The notes under the pieces are model-generated. The model had not been told where the DNA came from and did no database searches. It was given only the letters and a program-made list of their open reading frames with translations. Shown piece by piece: positions 18,551 to 25,994 of a DNA stretch of 64,000 nucleotides. The stretch is from a virus. The number at the start of each line of letters is the position of its first letter. Position 1 is the first letter of the stretch. The DNA is taken from positions 1 through 64,000 of IMG/VR virus record IMGVR_UViG_3300035698_008781; one strand, written 5' to 3'. Made by a program: the position numbers and the translations under genes.

Positions 18551-19021
18551 ATGTCAAGATTAGACCAACAAGGAGCAATGCGTATCTTAAAAAGCAACGT
18601 AGTAGTATCAGTAGGAGTTACTGCAAGCGTAAGAGTATCTAACGTTACAACACGTAACGGAAAAACAGGTAGACCATTCTTATGGGAAGACACTAAAGAA
18701 CCTTACGCAATAGCTAACTTTCAAGCTATGAATAACTATGGTGCTTCTAAAGCATTAGAGCAATTCAAAGCAGGTAGCTTTGACGATTGTGTAAACAACA
18801 ATCTATCAGCAAGAGTTACAATGGAACAAGCTGAACAGTTACAAAAGTCTTTGTATGCTACAATTGAAGTAGCACCTGCAGAGCTTAAAGACGGTTCATT
18901 TGCTGATTTAATTCGTAAGGTTATTCCTAACGAACCAATAGTTGCAAAGAATTTCAGCTTTGGAAAAGAAAATGTTAATGAAGAAACTTCTACACCTGCA
19001 ACAGCAGACGAAAAGTTCTAA
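18551..19021 (+). CDS. first gene of the + block; highly expressed protein, possibly OB-fold/SSB-like
   Basis: 156 aa, strong codon bias, acidic tail ending in F, own terminator. Confidence 0.45.
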   Translation: MSRLDQQGAMRILKSNVVVSVGVTASVRVSNVTTRNGKTGRPFLWEDTKEPYAIANFQAMNNYGASKALEQFKAGSFDDCVNNNLSARVTMEQAEQLQKSLYATIEVAPAELKDGSFADLIRKVIPNEPIVAKNFSFGKENVNEETSTPATADEKF

Positions 19022-19039
19022 TTAACACACATTAAGATT

Positions 19040-19066
19040 GAGCCTTAACAGGCTCTTTCTTTTTTT
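19040..19066 (+). terminator. intrinsic terminator
   Basis: GAGCCT-TAAC-AGGCTC followed by TTTCTTTTTTT. Confidence 0.8.
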
Positions 19067-19123
19067 ATGGTAAGTATTGTCAACCACAAACCCACTGCAG
19101 AGCTACACTGTAACACTGATAGG

Positions 19124-19182
19124 TAATCAGTATAATGTAGACTACTGAAATACACTTAATCAGAATAATGTAGACTACTGAA
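19124..19182 (+). repeat. 26-bp direct repeat, two copies
   Basis: TAATCAG(T/A)ATAATGTAGACTACTGAA at 19124-149 and 19157-182. Confidence 0.9.
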
Positions 19183-19204
19183 TTATTAATTTTAAACTAA
19201 CACA

Positions 19205-19408
19205 ATGAAAATAAACTATAAACTATGGGAGTTATGGTTTGTACTATCTGCAATATTGTTTACTACAATGTTATTTATAGGTACAATTGAGAACTCAAGA
19301 GAATTCTGCCCACATTGGGTTGAAATTACATTAACAATAATTGTTAACCTATTAATATGTATAGGTGTGGGAATTTATGGTGATTATGATGATGATTTAT
19401 CGTTGTAA
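19205..19408 (+). CDS. small two-TM membrane protein
   Basis: two hydrophobic helices. Confidence 0.55.
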   Translation: MKINYKLWELWFVLSAILFTTMLFIGTIENSREFCPHWVEITLTIIVNLLICIGVGIYGDYDDDLSL

Positions 19409-19524
19409 GTTGTTGATTGTGTGGGACTAACAACAATCCCTACAATAATCACTCTATCCGCTCAATTAAAAACTAACTATGCTATTATTATAGCTAACAT
19501 ATTATATCTTAAACTTAATTTACA

Positions 19525-19728
19525 ATGAAAACATTTTATTTAATATTAACATTTATATTCTTCGTATTAACTATTTTAGCATTGGTTACATTTATACTAC
19601 TTTGGATTTCTCCAATAATTATAAATTATAGAATCACATTTATGTGGATATCTGTAGCTGAGATAATCATGTTCGCATGGGTTACTGTACTAGGTATTAA
19701 AAACATATCTAATATACTAGATAATTAG
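19525..19728 (+). CDS. small two-TM membrane protein
   Basis: two hydrophobic helices. Confidence 0.55.
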   Translation: MKTFYLILTFIFFVLTILALVTFILLWISPIIINYRITFMWISVAEIIMFAWVTVLGIKNISNILDN

Positions 19729-19969
19729 GTATTGAAGGAAAATAACAATCTTTTAGTTAACTAGAGATAACTTCAAAGGTTAACTATAATAAATTAAACT
19801 AACAAACAATTGCTACACTGTTGTCCTATGAAATAATTAGGTTAACGAAGAAAGAGTAAACATAAAACAGTCAATTGTAATTATTAACTAACAAATTAAA
19901 TTAATCAAATACATAGAAGAATGGATAGTATTGCTGAAGTAGTGAATAACTATTAAACTTAAAAAAAAC

Positions 19970-20164
19970 ATGGGAAAGACTATATTACACACTGAAAAAG
20001 CGAAGTATAATCGAGGAGATAAAACGTCTCAAAGCCTAGAGAATTATTTTAACAGGTCTAATAACAACTTAGGAAGATATAGATCTTTAAAAAAGATAAA
20101 AATGGAAAAAATCATATCAAAAGACTTAGACATACAGCTAAGAGAGATATTAAAAGAAACATAA
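19970..20164 (+). CDS. small basic hypothetical protein
   Basis: 64-aa ORF with an A-rich leader. Confidence 0.5.
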   Translation: MGKTILHTEKAKYNRGDKTSQSLENYFNRSNNNLGRYRSLKKIKMEKIISKDLDIQLREILKET

Positions 20165-20185
20165 TATGAAAAAACTTATAAAATT

Positions 20186-20371
20186 ATGAAAACAATAGTA
20201 ACTTGGCTACACAGTATATTAACTTTCTTTAGTTTTTTTATACTACTATCATTTTTAAGCAATTCTAATACAACAAAAGACCAAGTTTTAATTGCCTTGA
20301 GTATTTATAATTATTGTCTTGTTATTGCAATAGTATTAATTAACTCTACAATAAAAGATGAAAACAAATAA
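20186..20371 (+). CDS. small membrane protein
   Basis: two hydrophobic helices. Confidence 0.5.
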   Translation: MKTIVTWLHSILTFFSFFILLSFLSNSNTTKDQVLIALSIYNYCLVIAIVLINSTIKDENK

Positions 20372-20645
20372 AGATAACTACTTTGAAGTAGAATACAATG
20401 GACAAAGAGGATTTGTTCTTGTTAGTGATGAAGAAATTAAAAATGATGTAACTTGTTTATATCATAATAGGTTTGGGAGTTTAATTATTTGTACTTCTAA
20501 AAAGACAAAAAACGGTTTTGTATACCAAGAAGAAAATGAAACTTATGGACATCCTGATGGGGGAATAACTCCTTTAAAAAATGAAATATCAAAAATCATA
20601 GGTTCTACATTTGAATTAGAAGGTGTTCCTTTAATTGTTTTGTAA
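20358..20645 (+). CDS. hypothetical protein
   Basis: 95 aa; LVSDEEIK...KIIGST...LEGVPLI pattern common in Bacteroidota phages. Confidence 0.55.
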   Translation: MKTNKDNYFEVEYNGQRGFVLVSDEEIKNDVTCLYHNRFGSLIICTSKKTKNGFVYQEENETYGHPDGGITPLKNEISKIIGSTFELEGVPLIVL

Positions 20646-20761
20646 AATGAATCAAAATCATTCAAACAATCATAAATTACTTACAAATATACTACTTATT
20701 GTAGCATTAATATGTATAGTATTAACAATAATTAACTAATATTAACAATTAAATTACAAAA

Positions 20762-20820
20762 AGATGTTTAACAGCAAACAAAAACAATTATTTAGCAAAA
20801 ATAAAAAAACACAAATATCT
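20762..20820 (+). promoter_or_regulatory. ACAGCAA stem module over the start codon of the TROVE-like gene (putative autoregulatory site)
   Basis: AGATGTTT-A-ACAGCAA...AAATATCT: 8-bp stem (one GU) containing the ATG, in the same register as the array modules. Confidence 0.6.
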
Positions 20821-22428
20821 GGTAATGTATTTATAACAGAAGCTACTAAATCTACATCAGTAACAAGAAGTGAAAACGGTGCTAAAAAATATACTACAAC
20901 AGGTAGTGAATTTGTGGATCAATTTAGTAATTTAGGTAACTATAAAACACCTAGATCATTCGCAGATATATCAAGAGATATGTCGACATTATGGGCTATT
21001 AATCCTTTTATGACAGTTGCATTTACATTATTCATTAGAATAATCACTAGAACAACTATGTTATTTACAGGAAAAAAAACTGAAACTACTCAAAGAGGTG
21101 CTGGATTAAGGTATGAAGGTATAATGAGAATGATGTGGTTACATATATATCATAAAGATATATTTTGGAATAACATTCATCTATTTATATCAGCAGGTTC
21201 TTGGAAAGATATTATTATGATGTTATCATATGATTTACAATATAATGGTTGGGATAAACGACAATTAGATTGGAATCAATTTGGTAAATTAATATTATCT
21301 GGATTAGAAAATCCAAATCATTCTGAATTGATTAAAAAGTATTTACCTCAAATTAAATCAAATAATAAATGTAATACATTAGAAGCTCAAGCTGATAATA
21401 TAATTGCTAAATGGATTTGTTCATTATTATTTGGTGAAAAAGATAATGCAAATACTTATAAAAAATATAGAATGTTAAAATCTAAAGGTACAGCTCACCA
21501 ATGGCAACAATTAATATCACAAAGTAAACACAACCTTGTTGATTTTAATACAGTACATGGTAGAGCATTATCATTATTAGTATCTGGTAAGTATTTAACT
21601 AATCAAGGCTTAGAATCTAAATATCAAGAATTTATTGAATCTAAACCAATTGCTAAATATACAGGATATGTACATGAATTATTTGAAAAAATAACTCATT
21701 CAATGCCTAAATATCAAATAGATACTTTAAACTCACAATTTAAAGGTTTAGTAGAAACCGCTAAAACAAATGCTACTACAACTACAGGAATGATAGTTGT
21801 AAGAGATACTTCAGCTAGCATGAGTTCTTTAGCAATAGGTACTAAAACGTCTTGTGGTAATGTAGCAAAAGCATTAGCATTATTCTTTAATGAAATGTTA
21901 CCTGATGGTGTATTTAGTAATAATTGGATAGAATTTAATTCAACTGCTAAAATGTATCAATGGAATGGTTCAACACCTTATGAAAAATGGGTAAATGATA
22001 GATCAAGTTATATTGGGGATACAAACTTTCAATCTGTAATAGATTTATTATGTTCTATTAAGTCTAAAGATATTGATGAATCAGAATTTCCATCAGGTAT
22101 TATTTGCATTAGTGATATGGAATTCAATCCATCATCATTAAATCAAACAAATGTTTCAAGTGCTTTAGATAAATTAAGAGGGGTTGGTTTTTCAGACCAA
22201 TATATTAATAATTTTAAAATAGTACTATGGGATTTAGGAAGAAAAAATAAACAAACTAAGTTTGAAACATATGATAATGTTAAAAATACATTCTATTTTA
22301 GTGGATTTGATGGTTCAATAATGGCATTCTTAACAGGTGTTGAAGGTGCTGAAATGACTCCTCAAAATGCTCAAGAATTATTTAATGCTTCAATGGATCA
22401 AGAATTAATGCAAATGATTCAATTATGA
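20764..22428 (+). CDS. TROVE/Ro60-like RNA-binding protein with C-terminal vWA domain (DUF2828-like)
   Basis: 554 aa; SENGA..Y..TG...VDQF N-terminal motif, GSWKD, KYLP, MIDAS-like VVRDTSASM, ISDMEF, IVLWDL, FSGF. Confidence 0.8.
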   Translation: MFNSKQKQLFSKNKKTQISGNVFITEATKSTSVTRSENGAKKYTTTGSEFVDQFSNLGNYKTPRSFADISRDMSTLWAINPFMTVAFTLFIRIITRTTMLFTGKKTETTQRGAGLRYEGIMRMMWLHIYHKDIFWNNIHLFISAGSWKDIIMMLSYDLQYNGWDKRQLDWNQFGKLILSGLENPNHSELIKKYLPQIKSNNKCNTLEAQADNIIAKWICSLLFGEKDNANTYKKYRMLKSKGTAHQWQQLISQSKHNLVDFNTVHGRALSLLVSGKYLTNQGLESKYQEFIESKPIAKYTGYVHELFEKITHSMPKYQIDTLNSQFKGLVETAKTNATTTTGMIVVRDTSASMSSLAIGTKTSCGNVAKALALFFNEMLPDGVFSNNWIEFNSTAKMYQWNGSTPYEKWVNDRSSYIGDTNFQSVIDLLCSIKSKDIDESEFPSGIICISDMEFNPSSLNQTNVSSALDKLRGVGFSDQYINNFKIVLWDLGRKNKQTKFETYDNVKNTFYFSGFDGSIMAFLTGVEGAEMTPQNAQELFNASMDQELMQMIQL

Positions 22429-22432
22429 TATA

Positions 22433-22590
22433 AGGTGTAGAATCTGCAAATCATACACAAACAAATATGATAAGCAACAAGCACTACTAAGTATAATAAA
22501 AATAATAATAATTTTAAACTTTAACACTACACCTGTTAAATTCAAAGTTTAATTGTAAAAGTTATAATAAAAATACAATTAGTAGTGCTT
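22433..22590 (+). ncRNA. pseudoknot-like structured RNA preceding the array
   Basis: AGGTGTAG (22433-40) pairs with loop CTACACCT (22527-34); AAGCACTACTAA (22479-90) pairs with TTAGTAGTGCTT (22579-90). Confidence 0.55.
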
Positions 22591-22596
22591 TTAATA

Positions 22597-23031
22597 AGAA
22601 TACTAACAGCAATTTATAAAGATCAATTTTTTAACTTGAAACCTTATATGTATTCTGATAAAATGATTAATAGCACTCTTACGGTGAAATTGGTAAACAC
22701 AGGTGTCTAAAAAAATAATCATTTAATAAATAGTCTAACAGCAATTTTAATAGCTTTTCATGCCGTAAACAGTAGTTCGATTCTGCTAAGACATATAGAT
22801 ATGTCTTTCGTCTAGAGGCTAGGACAACGTAAAAAATAGACTATTGATAAGAAGTGTAACAGCAAATTTAAACTTTTTTAAAAATAAAAAAACAAATACA
22901 CTTCTAATAAGATTAGCAACAGCAAAATAACAAACATCAAATTTTTACTTTGACCAGTTATGCTAATCTGATAAAGTCACTAACAGCAACTCAAACAATT
23001 TTTATAGGAAAAAAGAAAAAAATAGTGACTT
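22597..23031 (+). ncRNA. array of six Y-RNA-like stem modules with an ACAGCAA motif
   Basis: modules 22597-656, 22661-724, 22729-845, 22850-905, 22910-969, 22974-23031; each has a different perfectly complementary closing stem; 4-nt RATA spacers. Confidence 0.85.
22753..22829 (+). tRNA. circularly permuted tRNA-Glu(UUC)-like sequence inside module 3
   Basis: GC-TTTTCAT-GCCGT, AAAC, T arm AGTAG-TTCGATT-CTGCT, acceptor AAGACAT-A-TAGAT-ATGTCTT, TC, D arm GTC-TAGAGGCTAG-GAC, A, ACG. Confidence 0.8.
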
Positions 23032-23064
23032 GAGTAAAATATTAACTAACTAATAATAATTATT

Positions 23065-23379
23065 ATGAAAACAATAAAATGTTTTAAAAAAAAAGGTTAT
23101 AAAAAACAACCTACTATTAATGAAATAATTAAATCATTAGAGGAACAAAAAATATATGATCAACTAAGATTAGTTCAACAAACTGAACTTGGTAGAATAA
23201 AGTATATATTATCACAAGGTCGTACATTATGTCTAGTACATGTAGCTTATTTAAGAGATTTATATTGGAGCTTTATATCTAATAATTTTAGATTTGAAGA
23301 TAAGATACAAAAAAAAGAAAAAGAAAAAAGAGATAATATTCATCCTGGAATGAAGTTATTTTTATCATTATCGCAATAG
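23065..23379 (+). CDS. hypothetical protein
   Basis: 104-aa ORF. Confidence 0.5.
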   Translation: MKTIKCFKKKGYKKQPTINEIIKSLEEQKIYDQLRLVQQTELGRIKYILSQGRTLCLVHVAYLRDLYWSFISNNFRFEDKIQKKEKEKRDNIHPGMKLFLSLSQ

Positions 23380-23568
23380 TATAATGTAGGTAAATATAAG
23401 CCAACAAAAGCAAAAGCTTGGGAAGAAAAATAGAATAATAAGTTTTGGTTCTATTTATATTTATAACAACTTTATAGAGAGGTTAAATTATCTCTTGTAG
23501 TGATAGTAGATATGGGTGATTATATGGCGACAGTCACCCATACTATTATTAATTTTTAAAAACAAAAC

Positions 23569-23968
23569 GGGGCAGACTGGTTTTGACAGGTGATTAATAG
23601 CAATAATAATCAGTGAGAGAGATAACTCTAAACTAAGGTGAATTTAATTAAACGGAAAAGATAATGATCAAATCGTAGCAAATATGAATGTAGTATATAA
23701 CATCTTAAATGGTGGTACTGAAGTATCAAAAGATTTAAATACTATTATGGTAGAAGAAGATTTATTGATGGCAGCATAATATTGCCCAAAGCTAGTTGAG
23801 GTAATACTAGTAAATTTATTTAAGATTTCTTCATTAGATTAAATGAAGTGGTGGAAGTTAACCTACTGGTTGACCCTTTCTAACGTAAAGAGTTTAAAGA
23901 AACGTGAAACTGTATAAATTATTATTGTAAACATTGCATGGACGAGGGTTCGAGTCCCTCCTGCTCCA
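23569..23968 (+). ncRNA. ssrA: tmRNA
   Basis: GGGGCAG/CTGCTCC-A acceptor with G3-U, GGTTTTGAC D-loop analogue, GGACGAGGGTTCGAGTCCCTC T arm, tag reading frame 23654-23779 ending LLMAA*; CCA not encoded. Confidence 0.9.
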
Positions 23969-23985
23969 CAACTAATTCTTAAATT

Positions 23986-24195
23986 ATGAATATTATAGAA
24001 ATTAAAGTAGTAACTATTAGTGAAGATCCTGGTAATCCAGGTTTCATTAAAACACAAACTGTTGGTCGACTTGACAAAAGAGTCAATAGACAACAAGATT
24101 TTGTGAGATGGTATTTAGAAATTCATTCTCAACATGGTAATGTTAATTATGAAGTTTTAGATAAGCTAGAAATAGCTAAAGATAGGGTCTTATAG
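23986..24195 (+). CDS. hypothetical protein
   Basis: 69-aa ORF; its stop overlaps the 5' end of the tRNA. Confidence 0.45.
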   Translation: MNIIEIKVVTISEDPGNPGFIKTQTVGRLDKRVNRQQDFVRWYLEIHSQHGNVNYEVLDKLEIAKDRVL

Positions 24196-24257
24196 CTCAG
24201 GGGTAGAGCAGGGTGCTCATAACACTCAGGTCGTAGGTTCAAATCCTTCTAAGACCA
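24186..24257 (+). tRNA. tRNA with CAT anticodon (Ile2 or elongator Met; not initiator)
   Basis: GGTCTTA/TAAGACC acceptor, GCTC/GAGC D stem, GGGTG-CTCATAA-CACTC, GTAGG-TTCAAAT-CCTTC; G1-C72 paired, C4-G69. Confidence 0.85.
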
Positions 24258-24397
24258 CTAATTATTTGATTAATAATTAGTTAGTTAGTTGTAAATGTGA
24301 GTGAAAACTGCGATCATTCCGTGGATGTAGCTCACATTTATTTTAATCATTAATAAAAAACAAAAATTATGGAAGAATTAGTAAAACAAAAACTTAA

Positions 24398-24748
24398 ATG
24401 AAAAAATTATTCTTAATATTATTATTGTTTATTACAGTAATGATGCATTCTCAAACTTATGAGTTTAAATCAAACCAACAAACATATGTTTCTTTAAAAG
24501 ATAGTAAAAATGCTTCTGAAAAAAGAAATGATATAAAATTTATATTTATTACAGATGCTTCTGTAATAAAGTTTGTATTAAATTCAGAAGTTATAGTATT
24601 TACTGTATTAAGTGTTAAAGAAACTAATATTTCTTATATATATAATATAATAAATGAAGATATATTATCACAAATTATAGTGTATAAAAATATTAAACGT
24701 ATTACTTTAAAAGGTGATATAGGTCAACTAAGTTGTCAAATTGAGTAG
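24398..24748 (+). CDS. secreted protein with signal peptide
   Basis: MKKLFLILLLFITVMMHSQ, a Bacteroidota-type signal peptide with cleavage before Q. Confidence 0.6.
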   Translation: MKKLFLILLLFITVMMHSQTYEFKSNQQTYVSLKDSKNASEKRNDIKFIFITDASVIKFVLNSEVIVFTVLSVKETNISYIYNIINEDILSQIIVYKNIKRITLKGDIGQLSCQIE

Positions 24749-24770
24749 TAACAATAAATAAATAAATAAC

Positions 24771-25049
24771 ATGTCAAATTTTCTTTATCATCAGAAACAT
24801 GAAAAGGTTACTGGTCACACAAGACGTAGTTTCGCAGGAAACTATAATCCTGATACTAACACATTAGTGATAGGTATTTCAGGTAATCATCAATCTGATA
24901 GCTTTTGTAAATCAAAAGGTAGACAAATTGCAGTAGGTAAATCTTTAGTTCAAAGAAAGAACTTACAAGATGCTGGTAAACAACGAATTATTAACAATGT
25001 AACTAAAGAAACTGCTAGAGAAGTTTTCTTTAATGAAATTAAAGATTAA
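24771..25049 (+). CDS. conserved small phage protein
   Basis: D.FCK.KGRQIA motif. Confidence 0.55.
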   Translation: MSNFLYHQKHEKVTGHTRRSFAGNYNPDTNTLVIGISGNHQSDSFCKSKGRQIAVGKSLVQRKNLQDAGKQRIINNVTKETAREVFFNEIKD

Positions 25050-25051
25050 TT

Positions 25052-25303
25052 ATGAGAAAACTATTAATTATGTTAGGTTATATAAAACCTAATGCTACTG
25101 ATTTTAATCAAAGAAAGTCATCAGCTTTAAGTGTATTCACTAAAACATTAAGTGAAATCAATACTTTAGTTGCTGAACAAAGAATTTATATATCTAATTT
25201 ATTAGATGATAAAGCTAAAATTGAAAAAGAAGTAGATTTAACACATAAACCTATTACTGAATCAGAAGTTACTATTGAAAAAATTGAAAACATTTTAAAT
25301 TAA
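25052..25303 (+). CDS. coiled-coil hypothetical protein
   Basis: 83-aa ORF. Confidence 0.55.
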   Translation: MRKLLIMLGYIKPNATDFNQRKSSALSVFTKTLSEINTLVAEQRIYISNLLDDKAKIEKEVDLTHKPITESEVTIEKIENILN

Positions 25304-25308
25304 AAAAC

Positions 25309-25536
25309 ATGCCACAAAAAACAACACCTATTGTAAGTCAATTACTTAAAATTAAAAATGGAGACTCTGCTGGAGTAATAACATACCATTTTGCAGATGG
25401 AACTAAACAAAATCAAAATATAAACACACAAATGTTTTATGATGAAAAAGGTAAATCTTTAGACTTATATAAAGTTGTTCAAAAAATTAATGACATTTGT
25501 CATGATTTAAAAGCAGTTAAATACGAAATTGAATAA
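25309..25536 (+). CDS. hypothetical protein
   Basis: 75-aa ORF. Confidence 0.5.
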   Translation: MPQKTTPIVSQLLKIKNGDSAGVITYHFADGTKQNQNINTQMFYDEKGKSLDLYKVVQKINDICHDLKAVKYEIE

Positions 25537-25644
25537 TTATGTTAAGAGGAACAATTGGACTCATTATAATAGTAGCTATTATATGGGTATTTTGGATGAC
25601 CAAAGAGTGGTTAACTAAAGATAAAACTAAAAAAGAAGAATAAT

Positions 25645-25971
25645 ATGTGGTTTACAACAGGACTTATTTTAGCAATTATAACATGTCTGCTATTATTAAT
25701 GTTTATGTTTAATAAGAAATTATTAGGTTTCATAAGTATGGATACAGATGTAATTTATGGTGAATGTGCAAGAGATATTATAAAAATTAGAAATGGTACG
25801 TATCAAGATGATATGCCAGCTACAGGAGTTATTGCAATATATGCTATAATTTATTTTATGATTTTAATCATACTATTTCTTATAATATGGTTATTATCTT
25901 ATATATATTTAGCAATATTACTTATAGTTCTTATAAGTTATATAATATCAAAAATTTTTAAACAACAATAA
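25645..25971 (+). CDS. membrane protein
   Basis: long hydrophobic segments; upstream of the SPFH gene. Confidence 0.55.
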   Translation: MWFTTGLILAIITCLLLLMFMFNKKLLGFISMDTDVIYGECARDIIKIRNGTYQDDMPATGVIAIYAIIYFMILIILFLIIWLLSYIYLAILLIVLISYIISKIFKQQ

Positions 25972-25994
25972 ATTAAAATCAATAAATTAAAACA

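Noticed and set aside
22675-22708. A functional stand-alone tRNA-Leu gene
   Set aside because: Only the 5' half is present; I found no T arm or matching acceptor 3' strand downstream.
22597-23031. CRISPR array interpretation of the regularly repeated AACAGCAA
   Set aside because: The constant part is only 7-8 nt, unit lengths vary from about 56 to 117 nt, the flanks are unit-specific inverted repeats, and there are no cas genes.
23863-24096. Minus-strand 77-aa ORF
   Set aside because: It is an antisense shadow of the tmRNA 3' end (CGAGGTRTLVH is a typical T-arm antisense translation).
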